DNA of 64,000 bases, taken from the NCBI RefSeq assembly GCF_964194025.1, contig NW_027453069.1:1-64000 (forward strand), written 5' to 3'. The DNA comes from Convolutriloba macropyga (lineage: Eukaryota). A program made the translations under genes and the position numbers. This document shows, in pieces, positions 45,495 to 58,970 of this stretch. Each line of letters starts with the position of its first letter. The stretch's first letter is position 1. The notes beneath the pieces were generated by a model. The model was not told the DNA's origin. It worked only from the letters and a program-made list of their open reading frames with translations, and made no database searches.

Positions 45495-48400
45495 CGATGG
45501 GGATCCAACCGTAGACGACCTGCACTGCCGGGCATGCGGGACTGAGAGCCACTTTCTTCACATGCTAAGAGCAAAACGGCGGTGGTTCACCTGACTCGCT
45601 GGTGTGGCTGCGGACCCAAAACCACTGATGGCAGAGGATCCAAAGATTGATGTCCCACTGCTTGAGGCACTGGATGCTGCGGATGAAGCACCAAATACGG
45701 AGCTGCCCGTGGCTGCGGCCACGCCAAATGATGTGGGAGCGCCAAAGGGGGAGGATGCAGTAGCGCCAGGACTAGTTGGGGCCATGGAAAATGCAGAGGC
45801 TGATGCTGCTGTAGGTGCACCCGTGGACGCATTCAGTCCAAAAGCTGCCATTGTCCCTGAAGTATCAGCTGCCTCTGAGGAAGCAGATGGAGTCCTGCTG
45901 CTCTTGGCTGCTGCTGCAGACGATGAGGTCTGGGCAGCCGTGGCCCCGGCAAACTGGGCCTTGGCTGATGCCATCTGGGCAGCACTGGGCACCGGGGGCA
46001 TGCTGCTCTTTGTTGCTGTCGCAGACGATGAGGTCTGGGCAGCCGTGGCCCCGGCAAACTGGGCCTTGGCTGATGCCATCTGGGCAGCACTGGGCACCGG
46101 GGGCATGCTGCTCTTGGCTGCTGCTGCAGACGATGAGGTCTGGGCAGCCGTGGCCCCGGCAAACTGGGCCTTGGCTGATGCCATCTGGGCAGCACTGGGC
46201 ACCGGGGGCATGCTGCTCTTGGCTGCTGCTCCAGACGATGAGGTCTGGGCAGCCCCGGCCCCGGCAAACTGGGCCTTGGCTGATGCCATCTGGGCAGCAC
46301 TGGGCACCGGGGGCATGCTGCTCTTGGCTGCTGCTGCAGACGATGAGGTCTGGGCAGCCGTGGCCCCGGCAAACTGGGCCTTGGCTGATGCCATCTGGGC
46401 AGCACTGGGCACCGGGGGCATGCTGCTCTTGGCTGCTGCTGCAGACGATGAGGTCTGGGCAGCCGTGGCCCCGGCAAACTGGGCCTTGGCTGATGCCATC
46501 TGGGCGGCACTGGGCACGGGGGGCATGCTGCTCTTGGTTGCTGCTGCAGACGATGAGGTCTGGGCAGCCGTGGCCCCGGCAAACTGGGCCTTGGCTGATG
46601 CCATCTGGGCAGCACTGGGCACCGGGGGCATGCTGCTCTTGGCTGCTGCTGCAGACGATGAGGTCTGGGCAGCCGTGGCCCCAGCAAACTGGGCCTTGGC
46701 TGATGCCATCTGGGCAGCACTGGGCACCGGGGGCATGCTGCTCTTGGCTGCTGCTGCAGACGATGAGGTCTGGGCAGCCGCGGCCCCGGCAAACTGGGCC
46801 TTGGCTGATGCCATCTGGGCGGCACTGGGCACCGGGGGCATGCTGCTCTTGGCTGCTGCCGCAGACGATGAGGTCTGGGCAGCCGTGGCCCCAGCAAACT
46901 GGGCCTTGGCTGATGCCATCTGGGCGACACTGGGCACCGGGGGCATGCTGCTCTTGGCTGCTGCCGCAGACGATGAGGTCTGGGCAGCCGTGGCCCCAGC
47001 AAACTGGGCCTTGGCTGATGCCATCTGGGCGGCACTGGGCACGGGGGGCATGCTGCTCTTGGCTGCTGCTGCAGACGATGAGGTCTGGGCAGCCGCGGCC
47101 CCGGCAAACTGGGCCTTGGCTGATGCCATCTGGGCGGCACTGGGCTCGGGAGGGGTGCTGGTCCAACCAGTCGGGGCACCACCGGTCGGGGTACCACCGA
47201 ACAGCAAAGAGCCACTCGCGGGCGTGGACGAGGGGGCTGCAAGGCCCTTCAGCTCAGATTTAGAAACACTGAAGTTGAATCCCCCAACTGACGCACGGTT
47301 TGCGCTGTGCGACTTCAGAGTTGCCGGAGCAAAGGCCTGGAGGGATTGACTCGAGGATGCCGGCTTGCCATCTGGCTTGGTGTCTTGTTTTGCCAGCATC
47401 CCGCCAAACAGGGAGGAGCCACCACTCTGTGGGGTGATAAGCGGCCGATGATACCAACAGCACAGACAAATTAGAACAATTAGGCTAACACAGACTGTTG
47501 GGGGGCTTTCAGGAATCGGAAGAGTGACGGCAAAGATGTCAAGCCAATGAGACAACACCACTAAATAGCACCGGCCTGATTTGCAAGCAAACTCAAAGGG
47601 TTGCCGCATGTTTCAGGGACTCGTGAAAATCTGCGATTACCTGTGGACTTGGGGACTTTTGAGCCATATGTGCTGAGTCCGGCGCTCTGTTGGCCGACTT
47701 CACAGGGTTCGAGATTGCGGCGCCTGCAGTAAGGCATGAAGTCCATAATTTTCAGAGACTGGTCAGAAAGTGGCTGCCAGATCAGAGTGGGCAAGCGTGT
47801 GGCGGACGCGTGCTTGCCTGGAGGGCTTCGCTGGTGCGGCGAAGGGAAAGGGCCAGGAGAGGTACGAGGTTGGACGGTGGTGACGCGTGGTGCACTCCTG
47901 GCGCCGCTGTACTTAGCCACAGAGCTCAGTACTTGCGAAGCCGCAGCGGATCCCCATGGTGACTGCAGGGGACTCCTCGCACTGGCCGGCGTGCTAATGG
48001 GAGAGGCGCCTGACTTGGCTGGGGTGTACTGCAGCCTTCGCGAGGTGCCCCCAGAGCGTGGAGGAGGGGTTGCCTGAAACTTTGGAGCGAGAGCACGCGC
48101 TGTGCTGTGTGTTCCGATGTCCAAATCGCTCGAACTATAGCCCATGGCCAACTGCTCAGCCTACAAGCACATCCCAGGCAGTGGACGAGTATCGGGGGTT
48201 GTGAGTGGTTGGTGGTGGCCCCTGCGCCTGGCACAGGGCTGCTGCGGCGCGTCAGAGAACTGTCAAGCTGCGGTTCGCCATTGCATCGAAAGGAATCAGA
48301 GTGCTCCCACCTGGTGCAGAAGTTTCCGCAGCTCTGCCTCTTGGCGCCGAACATGATGAGACATGTTGTTGATGCTGTTATATATCGCAGTATAGGACGG

Positions 48401-48631
48401 GAGCGCCGGGCTAAGAGCGCCATGTTCCGCTAGCCCCCATTTCCTGGCGCCCAGCAGGTGCCTTCCCTTAGCTGCGTCCTCTTGGTGCTGCAGCACACTC
48501 TCCAGCTCATCGGCCTAGGGACCGCAGAATCAGCTTCAACCAATCATGACGCCTCGCGGGAATGCAGCAGGAACATGCCAGTCCGTGGGTGCGTGTCACT
48601 CCTCTCTATTCAGCAGCCCTTCTGCAACTGT

Positions 48632-48677
<46 letters not shown>

Positions 48678-51600
48678 CTCTGTGTGTGGTGGTGGAAGCG
48701 TGGGTGGCGTGGGGGGGGGGGGGGGGCTTGATCTAGCCCAGAGCATGTACGTGACCTGAGGAGGGAAATCACATAAGCAGTCAGGGTGTTGCCGACCACC
48801 GCACGTCCAGCCGTACCTTCTGTGCGATATCATCCAGTTGGCGGTTGATCTGAGCTTGCAAAGCTGCCAGGGGCGGCTCCAACGGCAGCTGCTTTTGCAT
48901 TTCATTGTAGTCAGAGCTGGTCACCAGCTTGCGCCGCAGAGTCTCGACGCTTGTGTTTTGCGGGAGATCTGCTTCGACGGTTCGGATTCTCTGCAGGAGT
49001 GGGGCCTGAAGAGCTCAGACCATCACCAGTGCAATTGGATGAATGAATCCAGTAACAACCACGAGGGCCGTCTGCCACACTTTACCTGTTTCACCGCCCG
49101 ATAGGTGTCTGTTGCCTCTGCCACCCCCGTGGAAAGACCCTGTGTCGCTTCTTGCAGTGTCTTTATGCCTGCATGCAAGGCAACATCACATGCACAGTTG
49201 GGGTCGGCTGTGTCACAAGTGCCGGAAAGACACCACAACATCCCCCCCCCCTCGTTCTCGGTGTGGAAGAAAAGTGTTGGGGACATCATACCTCCGTCAC
49301 TCAGTTTCGAGGCAAGAACCTCAGCTTCAGACGAGCAGCGGCACACCTCCTGAAGAGCTTTCAGGAAGTCGGACTCCATTGAAACAACGTTTGCGTCCTG
49401 GGAAAAGTTCACACAGTGACACGCAGCGACTCCGGTCAGAGATCTGGGCAGAGACTTTAACTGCTGTGTCCCACACGACATCGGGGGATCGTTTCGCTGC
49501 GGCGCTGCCAAGGGCGACAAAGGGGTGGGCATCGATACCTGATTAGAGAGCTTGGCTGGCAGCCGCTCTGGCTCGGCAACCTTGGGAGTGATGCCAGCAG
49601 GGAATGTCGCCACGGGTCTGAACGCATCAGCCGGTTGAGCTTCGTATGCTGGGAGCTTGGCTGCGCGACAACGGGTCCGCATGCCAGGAAAAAGTGTCAG
49701 TGGCTTTCAAGAGGGCTCGAAACACACCTTCGTAGGACGCAGATCCCAGGGTCAGGGGAAAGCGGGGCGGAGGTGAGGAGGTCCACATGCTCTGGAGGAG
49801 GCTGCACGGTGACTCACTTCGAGATACAGAGAACTCCGGGGCTGGCAGTCCGGCTTTGCCGGCGGAATCGGTGCCCACAGCTGCATCCGATTTTGAAACG
49901 GCCATTGGGGAAAAACCAGCTTGTGCCGCATTCCCCTGCTGAGACTGCTGATACCCTGTAAACCCAAAGGTCGGGGCCGCGGAAGGGGCCGCCGTGGGAG
50001 CTCCAGCGCCGGCCTGCTGACCGAAACCCTGGGACAGGCGCACAGCACAGCAGTTTTGTCCACCTCCTGCAGATCAGATGACCGAGCAGGAGTGCAACAG
50101 CTAGGGAGAATGCAACGGGGGAAGGCAAGGAAATCGCACCTGCAGCCCACTGCCGCCTGGTGGGACAAACAGTGATCCTGCAGCACAGCAAAGGAATCGC
50201 TGAATCTTCCGGGGACGCAAAGCATTCCAGCGAAGGAAACGCAGATTGTGATGTCCGGTAGCCCGCGGGAATGCGATTCTCATCCAGCATGAGGGTGGGC
50301 CATGGTGGGATTCGAGCTCACCGGTGCTTCCACCACGGAACTGTTGCTCCGGCTCGTCCTCGCCGCCCGTGTCGGAACTTTCCGTGCCGTCGTCGTCGTC
50401 GTCATCGTCAGATGGCAGCCCTGCAGCTTTCGCGGCCTGCGTTAAGGCCTCCAGCCCGCCAGCAGCAGGGGCGCATGCGACCGCCGGTTTTGACGGCAGC
50501 GGCGCCGGCTTAGGGAGAGGCTGCGGCAGGACCACCACCGATTCCAAAGCCTTGATGCTGCCAAAGGTATACAGACGAAGCTTGGCATCTGATGTCGCTA
50601 CTATCAGGATTGGAGATGCGGGGAGGCTCTTGCGCTCCTCTCCCACCGGGTCATTCACAGGGACCTGCAAGGGAGCAACCGCAAGACCACACCAGGCATG
50701 GGACGGGACGGTGAATGTGGCAAAAGAACAGGAGCGTTCCTTCACGGAGAAGAACCGGCAGAGCGTACAGTCGCGTCTGAGCAGGAGGGGGATTTGGATT
50801 TTCTAGGTGGTTTGGGTGGAGCGGAACGGCGTGGGCTGTGACCTGTGAGCCACTCGCGGTGTCCAATGCCATCCCGACAACATAGTTGGGCTCGTCCTCG
50901 CCAGCTGCAAACGGTATCCGAATGGCTGTACTCTCGTCGTCGACGAACACCTCGGTGACGTCGTTCTCAGAGACCCCTGCCACACCAGCGCCGCAGTCAC
51001 ACACCCAGAGCAAACACGTTTTTACCCCCGAGAGCCCGGAGAAACCCAGGAAGGAGACGGGGAGGGGTTGCAAGCCTCACCGATGATTTTGATGTGTTGG
51101 TCGTCGCTTTTTCGGTGAGCAGCCATGAGGATTTCCCAGGCTGGCAGCCATGTGCTGTGGAGGTACGGACCACTCATTGGCGGGGCAGCTTCGACCTAGG
51201 CATGGTTGTCGCGGGGGACGACCGCGTGTTAGTGACACTCTTTCCCGTGGAGAAAATGGCGCCAGGGGGGACTGGTGTGCGTGTGCGGCGGCACCGTCTC
51301 TGCCAGGGCAGTCAGTCTGTGTGGGCCCAACCGCTAGAGGCCACTGATGAAAAGGAAGCGGACCAACGCACAGTGCGGGCACTGGCGGAGGGGAGCCCAG
51401 GTGCGTTGGGAGGATAGACAGGCAAGCGTCTCCAAGGGAGTGAAACCTTCCTAGAAGAGATGAATGATTCAACATGCTGTGAAGGGCGCAAACCTCGGCT
51501 GAGGGATAGGCAAGGGTCTGGGTCAGCTCAAAGTCATCCCAGGTGTCGGTCCACCGCAGCAGCAAGAGAGGGGCGCCTCCGTCCTCGTCGTCGCTTTCGT

Positions 51601-54600
51601 CCAACATCATCGTTCCCACAAGCATTGACCGTGGGGTGAGCCACTTGAGCGTCTCGACGATGAGAGGGACGCCGTCTTCCTCCGCTGCGAGTCCAATCAA
51701 AGCCCCACACAACACCAGCGGGAGCACACTTTAGAGTTGGTCCCGGTTGCTTGAGCACTTGAGGCAAATCGGCTGCGCTCCTTCACTCCCTGTCACAGCG
51801 TTTGCGAGGGGTGGCTCTGACCTTCAGTGCAGGTTACTCTCAGTGTGACGTCTGGCGTGCTTCCTGGCTGGTCATCGACGGGCATGAGACGCAGCTGTTC
51901 GCCCATAGCAATGGCTATGCACTTCCCGTCAGGCGACCACGCTGCAGCATCCACTGACTGCGCAATCTCCTGCAACGGCCGCGGCACCCACAGTATCGTC
52001 GGCGAACCGATGTACAAGGCGCAGGAGTATGCAACACAACAGGGACTTCTCTCCATGTGAGTATGCAAGAGAAACCTCGCTTCAGCAACACTTGCATTGC
52101 CGGCACAACGGCCTGTAGACGGCAGCCGCCCGCACCTCAACATCCCCAGACACAGAGCCACAGAGCAGTGTGCCGTCGTCCGTGGTGATCAGGAATCTTT
52201 GAGATTTGCTGGGATCCCAATACACCTGCGTGAGGGAGACATGCGGGCAAGCATGGACGTGTGAGACAGGCACCCTCCATATGGCATACAGTCAAAAGGA
52301 CAAAAATGCGAACGAGCAGTGCTTCACCTGGCGCACGAGGCTTTCCGTTGAGATGGAGCACAAAGGCTCCAGAGTGCCGGAGTGCAAGAGCGAGTAAAGG
52401 CGGAAGAGGCGCAGCCCACACGAGGTGTCGGCAACTGCAATCGTTTCTTCGTCTGGTGACAGCGCAACACTTGTGAACTGCCCTTTGGCGACAGTCACCC
52501 CGCAGCTTGCGGGGTCCTGCGCCTGCAGCTCACTGCAACAAACGACCAATGGGTGAGGAGAAGTCACCAAGGCGTTCGCCGACTAACACTTGCCATGGCG
52601 TCGTAAGCCATCACAAATGGCTGTGCATGCAATCAGCGCGTCCAGCAGGAGCAGATCTGCACACGAGCAGTGGCGGAACGCCAACCGATCGAAGACAGCA
52701 GGGAGTCAGAGTGTGCTGTCGGTGTCCAGACATGTCTGTCGCCAGACGGCATACGATGCACCTACCTGCCGTCCTCCACGTCCACTTTGGCTACGGCTCC
52801 CAAGATTTTGCTTGTCCAGAGTGCGTATACCCCTGCACGGCATCAACGCGTGGGCAGGTGCCGTCAGCGCAGCCAATTGCTGTTGCACCTCTGTGCGTGC
52901 TTCCCTCGAGGCAAAACCCGCGCAGTACCGTGGGGTCAGCTGTGAAGGACGCACCTTTTGGGTCGATGTATATCGTGACGCCATACATGTTTGATACGGC
53001 AAGCACTTGGAGGCTGGCAAGATCACTGTAGGCCGGCAGATTGGAGAGCTGGCTTTCACTCGTGAAGCACACCTCCCCGAGCCGCTTGAAGAACAAGCCG
53101 CTGTCTGTGTCTTGCTCCGCATCTGCCAAAGCTGGAGAAACTGGAGGGTCAGCTGAAGGCTTTGGAGCTGCGAGCAGACGTATTGCAGTGGGCGATGCAG
53201 GCGCAGTCGGCATCCCAAAGCTGAACGTGCCTGACGAACGAGCAGCAGCGGCAGGAGCGCCGCCCTTTGAGTCCTCCACATACTTCGCAGCAGCGTCCGT
53301 GGCAGCCTCCGAGCTGGCCTTGTTGGCCTGCAGGAAGGAAGCGCCCCACCCTGAGGCCGCTGGAGCTGTGCTGCTTGCCGCCTCATGGCCTGCAGATGCT
53401 GCTGGGAGCCCAAAGCTGAATGCCCCTGTTGAGGGGGGAGCAGCGGAAGCTCCACCCTTTGTCTCCTCGACGTACTTGGCAGCCGCGTCCGTTGCGGCCT
53501 CCGAGCTCGCCTTGTTGGCCTGCAGGAAGGAAGCGCCCCACCCTGAGGCCACTGGAGCTGTGCTGCTTGCCGCCTCATGGCCTGCAGATGCTGCTGGGAG
53601 CCCAAAGCTGAATGCCCCTGTTGAGGGGGGAGCAGCGGAAGCTCCGCCCTTTGTCTCCTCGACGTACTTGGCAGCCGCGTCCGTTGCGGCCTCCGAGCTG
53701 GCCTTGTTGGCCTGAAGGAACGATGCACCCCACCCTGAAGCTGCTGGAGCTGTGCTGCTTGCTGCCTCGCTGCCCGCAGGGGCTGCAGGTGCAGTTGGCA
53801 TCCCAAAGCTGAACGTCCCAGAAGCCGGGGGGGGCGCAGGAGCGCCGCCCTTTGCCTCCTCCACGTACTTGGCAGCGGCGTCTGTAGCCGCCTCCGAGCT
53901 GGCCTTGTTGGCCTGCAAGAAGGCACTGCCCCACCCTGAGGCTGGTGGAGCTGTGCTGCTGGCAGCTTCGTTGCCCGCAGGTGCTGCTGGGAGCCCAAAG
54001 CTGAATGCCCCTGACGAAGGAGCCGCAGCAGGAGCGCCGCCCTTTGCCTCCTCCACGTACTTGGCAGCGGCGTCTGTAGCCGCCTCCGAGCTTGCCTTGT
54101 TGGCCTGCAAGAAGGCACTGCCCCACCCTGAGGCTGCTGGAGCTGCACTGCTGGCAGCCTCATTGCCCGCAGGTGCTGTTGGAAGCCCAAAGCTGAATGC
54201 CCCTGACGAAGGAGCCGCAGCAGCAGGAGCGCCGCCCTTTGCCTCCTCCACGTACTTGGCAGCGGCGTCCGTAGCCGCCTCCGAGCTTGCCTTGTTGGCC
54301 TGAAGGAAGGATGCACCCCACCCTGAAGCTGCTGGAGCGGCACTGCTTGGTGCATCGTCGCCTGCAGATGCTGCTGGGACCCCAAAGCTGAAGGCCCCTG
54401 GCGAAGGAGCCGCAACAGCAGGAGCGCCGCCCTTTGCCTCCTCCACGTACTTGGCAGCCGCGTCCGTAGCCGCCTCCGAGCTTGCCTTGTTGGCCTGCAG
54501 GAAGGAAGCGCCCCATCCGGATTGCACCTAGACATGGAGAGTCTTGTCAGTGAGGCATCTCAACAAGCCTAACACTGACAACTGATGGCCACAGGGCCAT

Positions 54601-57600
54601 CCAACTTACCGGAGCACCGGCTGCTCCTCCTGCTGGGGATACTGTTTCTGCGGACCATTGGCAAAACGCCTTCACGTTAGTGTGAAAGCCTGGAATGTTC
54701 TGCAAGTGGCAAGCACACCTCACTCCCCTCGTGATTGGAGTGTCAAATTGCCGGAATCGCTGCTGAGCAAGGGAGCGGAACCGAGGGCTCATTACCGCTA
54801 TCTGATCCTTCATCAGAGAAACTGTCGTCATCGCCGTCTGGAAGGCCGGCAGCCTTCGCAGCCGCTGTAAGGGCATCGAGGCCTGTTGCTGGAGGCTCGC
54901 TGGCTGCTTCAGAGTGAAGAACGGGGGTCGGAACCACCGGCACAGGCAGAGGCTGGGCGTTTTGCACGATTGACTGCGTCTCCTTCATGCTACCAAATGT
55001 GAACAAGCGAAGTTTGGCATCCGATGTTGCGATGATCAGGATTGGGGAAGCGGGCAGGGTTCGATGCTCCTCACCCACGGGGTCTGTCACGAGCACCTGC
55101 GGGTTTGGGAGCAAACATAGACAGGGCGGAGGTGGGTCCAACCGAGCCTTGGGATGCTTGAGCCCAGTGCAGAAGAGCTCTCCACAACGTGAGCCTAGCA
55201 TCTCAGGGTTCGCAGTCGAGCGGTGGAGGGGGGTGGGGGGGGGGGGGGGGGGGGGTTGTCTAGTTTGCATTACCCCGGAGCCGCTGGCAGTGTCGCATGC
55301 AAGACCAACTACAAAATTGTCCTCTTCGCCTGCTGCAAACGGGAGGCGGATGGCGGTGCGCTCGTCATCGACCACGACCTCGGTGACGCCTCGACCTGAC
55401 AACCCTGTGGCAGCACGGAATTGTCAGTGGGCAGGCACCGACAGCTTTTCAAATCAGCCCATGCATATGGTACCAGACAGTGATTCAGACAAGGCAAGAC
55501 ACCACTGCTGGTCGCATTCATTGAAGAGGGGGGCGAACCGACTAGCTTCATGTGCTGGTCACTGCTCTTCCGGTGAGAAGCCACAAGAACCTTCCAGGCG
55601 GCCAGCCAGCAGCTGTGAAGGTATGGCCCACTGGACGCCGGGGCCGCATCGACCTGGCACAGGGGCACGCGCCGTGGATGTGGAAAGGCACCATGGGGGC
55701 AGAGGGTGTTGACATCGGGCAGTGGTACAAAGTTCGTAACAGGAGGACAGTGTGTGCAGCAACGTCGGAGGCGGCGAATTGCACGTCACAGGCAAATGGC
55801 ATTGGCGCCGTATTGGCAAAGTGTGCAGCAATTCATGCGAAGCTGTTGATCGCCACGATCAGGGCACCGGACCCAGAGCTTCCGTGAGTGCACACACCTC
55901 TGCCATGGGGTACGCAAGGATCTGTGTGAGCTCAGCCTTATCCCAGCTGCCCTTGCAGCTCAGCACCATCAGCGGCGCGGGCCCATCCTCCTCCCCGTCA
56001 TCATCCAGCATGGAGGTCCCCACAAGGATCTCCGTATCGGTGAGCCATGTGACCGTGTCAATGTCCAGAGGCACTCCATCCTCCTCCGCTGGCCCGAGCG
56101 CCACATCCAAAGCATGCAGAGTCAATCCACAGCCGTTCTGTAGCCATTGAGTAGCCTCACATGGAAGCCGGAAGTTTCATTGCGTCCCAACTGCCGCTGC
56201 ATCACACCAATGGAATGCATGGCAGGGGCCTGACCTTCCGGGCAGGTGATTCTCAGAGCAACCCCACGCTCCAGCACCCGTGCATCCCCAGGAGCAGTCA
56301 TGATCTGCAGCTGATCACTTGTACCCACAGCAATGCTCTGCCCATCCGGCGACCATGCAGCAGCATCCACCGACTGCAAGAGCTCCTGAAGCAGGGGAGG
56401 GGCGGACGTGTGAGCAGCAACCCGGGACCCCTCTCTCACTCGCTATCTTATGGGTGGCAGCAGCATTCTGTGTGCCATTGAGAAATCCCTCAGCACACAG
56501 AGTCTCTCTCTCTCTCTCTGTGCAGCTCGAAGGTGCATCAGCCACTTGCAGGCCTGCCTATCTACCGCCCGACCAGCCTCGCTGCTGTGCTTCTGCCACA
56601 CGACGGCGCCGGTCCGCCACAACAGTTTGTGGCAAGGAGAGGGTTGGGCAATAGTCTCAGCGGGCGAATGCCGCAGGTCTCACCTCCACTTTGCCTGACA
56701 GTGAACCGATCGAGAGGCTGCCATTGGTGGTGGTGAACAAGAACCGGTTGGAGTTGCTTGGATCCCAACAAACCTGGACCCAAGGCCGACCGCAGCATGG
56801 GTAGGTGAGATGGCGCTCAGTAGAGGTAGATTGTTGCGGAATCAGTACGGGGGCCTAACGAGTCACAGACGGATGGACAGCGCATGGACACGACAGGACA
56901 GGGCAGGGAGTAGCTAGTGCCAAGGCAGCCGAGGGGAGTGCAGATCAGAGCATTGAAGGTGCAACCGAGGGAACCGGGAGCTTCAGAGTCGGCTGCAGTG
57001 CTGACAACTATCGCAGTCACACGGCATGCACCTGTCGAACCAAACTCGTAGTGGGGATCGACAAGAACGGTTCTAAGTCGCCACCGTTCAGTACACTGTG
57101 GAGGTGGTGGAACCGCAGGGCCCCGGCCCTGTCCACGACTGCTACCGCCTGCTCATCAGGGGAAAGAGCCGCACTGGCGAAGTGCCCTTTCACGATGCGC
57201 ACCCCGTGCTGAGCGGGGTTGAGAGGCTGGAGCTCACTGCAGCAGCAGCAGAAGCACGGAGGCGTGTCAGGTCAGGAAACAGGCGGGTAAATCCTAGCCC
57301 AACGCTGCTGCCCGTTCATGACGTCAGCTGCAAGGGCGAGACGTTTTAGTGGTGCTGTGAGGCGGGAAACCCCTGATGGTATTGTAGGGGGGAGATGGCC
57401 GGAGAGAGGTGCTTCAGAGCGAACGAGAGAGGAGAGGGGGGGGGGGGGGGGGGGGACCTTCCGTCCTCCACATCCACTTTCTTTGCTGCGGCGACAGCTG
57501 TTTGAGTCCAAAGCACGTAAAGTCCTGGCAGGCACGAACAGGTCAGCCAACAGATGCTCGTTGGGTCTCAGCTGGAGCAGACACATGCGCCGGGCCAGCT

Positions 57601-57824
57601 GGGTGCATGGGGGGATGCGCAGTACCTTCGGGGTCGATGAAGACAGTGACTCCATACTTGTTTGACACTGCCAAAACTTGGAGGGCACCCACGTCCCGGT
57701 AGGCGGTCAGGCTGGGCAGGTGGCTCTCCCTGGTGAAGCACACCTCACCGAGGCGGGTGAAGAAGAAGCCGCTGTCCAGATCTTCCTCGGCGTCCGCCAC
57801 AGGGACAGATCTCAAGGCTGACAT
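44003..57824 (-). CDS. NUP214: Nup214/Nup159-like nucleoporin with duplicated N-terminal beta-propeller, central coiled coil, tandem repeats and C-terminal FG domain; multi-exon
   Basis: Propeller copy 1 at 57824-~54800 and copy 2 at ~53130-50330 (LAVSNxYG, ALSPDE, AAAWSPDG, PILIxATSDAKLRL). Coiled coil at ~49400-48300. SxFG/GFG repeats at 45850-44003, ending WAMRK*. Confidence 0.75.
45895..47150 (-). repeat. 12 x 105-bp coding tandem repeat (35 aa: SSMPPVPSAAQMASAKAQFAGATAAQTSSSAAAAK)
   Basis: Near-identical units with 105-bp period, in ORF 45558..47609. Confidence 0.95.
48630..48672. repeat. (GT)n microsatellite in intron
   Basis: Visible gtgtgt run. Confidence 0.9.
53200..54520 (-). repeat. 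7 x ~195-bp coding tandem repeat (GWGASFLQANKASSEAATDAAAKYVEE..FSFG)
   Basis: Seven GWG..FLQANK units in ORF 52791..54527, each followed by one FSFG. Confidence 0.95.
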
Positions 57825-58679
57825 TGCGCCTCTGCGCACCCCCTTCCCCGTCAGGCACTGAGTCCTTGCCGGCGCCTGAGGGCGATGTATGGGGGGAGCT
57901 TCACAGCCGAGGGAGCGGATCGGACGAACAAATGGAACGGCCTGTGCCTGCGCACATGTGGGTATGTGTCCTCGGGGTATTGAGAAGAGAAGAAGCCGGG
58001 ATGGAAAGACGGGGAGACAGAAGCAAGAGCGATGGTAACCGGATTGTGGATATGACCCTGTGTGGTGCAACTGAGATTGGGAATGGGGTGTTGGACTGAA
58101 GATTAGTAGTCATTGGACTGCTGTGGGATGCCATTGCAGCAATAAAACCCCCGCAACACACACGCACACACAGACAGACAGACACACACACACACACACA
58201 CACACGTGGCAGGAGGTGTAGAGGGAGAAACTTGGCAGCAGGGATCCACAAGACGGGGCAGTCCAAGACAAGGAAGTGGCTCGTGTGGCAAAGCAGCCTG
58301 GGTTGTATACTCGGAGAACCTACCACAAGCTGATCGATCCCTCACTGTCAACGCTGCTAGCAGAGGGCCGACAGCCTGCAGTTGAAGGCGATGCAGAAAG
58401 CTGCTTCCAATGATGCGTGATCGCAGACAGGACCGGTGAGCTAAAGCCGTTGTCTGATGCGAGTCCGTATACCTCTTGCCGTCACCTGTCCTCTTGTGCC
58501 TGCAAGGGACTCCCACAATCTGGGCAGGAAGTCTCTGCCGAGCTTTCTGTATCGCTATTTTGTTCGCAATAATGCTGGTGAAGCGGTCCGTAAGGACATC
58601 TGTGGTCGGCTCATCACAAGTTTTTTTTCAAGTCTGAACCAGCGCTCCGGCCCAGCCGGCCGTAGAGCTTCAAAAGCCA

Positions 58680-58970
58680 CAACAGCTACAGTGTACCCTA
58701 GCTAGGTACCCTAGCTACATTTCGACCGGCGACTGCATGCGCGGCAGGCCAGGTACCCTACCTTACCCTACTTAATCTCCTACCTGTCCTACCCTATTCT
58801 ACCCTATCGATCTGCTTAAAAAATTATTTATCAGCACTACCCTACGACCTACCAGTACTACGAGTAGTACTACTGTGGTCTGTGTATGCTGTACTACTTG
58901 GCAGTACTCGTACGGAATACACCTGGGTGTACGTACGTATACTATTTAATACACCGGTTGCCGTAATTAT
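58680..58970. promoter_or_regulatory. GTAC/CTAG-rich island between divergent Nup214-like and helicase genes
   Basis: Dense gtac/ctac/ctag words in a head-to-head intergenic region. Confidence 0.4.

Noticed and set aside
45895-47150. Regular repeat array resembling CRISPR
   Set aside because: Units are contiguous with no unique spacers, they are coding, the context is eukaryotic, and there are no cas genes.
45604-47349. Long alternative-frame and antisense ORFs (581, 482, 469, 433 aa) over the 105-bp repeat
   Set aside because: A GC-rich unit with length divisible by 3 and no stops stays open in most frames. Only the minus-strand Ser/Ala/FG frame connects to the nucleoporin.
52706-54535. 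609-aa Arg/Gln-rich ORF overlapping the GWG repeats
   Set aside because: Shadow frame of the repeat exon with no recognisable motifs.
17096-57824. Two nucleoporin genes (Nup54, Nup214-like) in one window as a functional cluster
   Set aside because: They are ~24 kb apart with unrelated genes and TEs between them. Chance is a sufficient explanation without synteny data.
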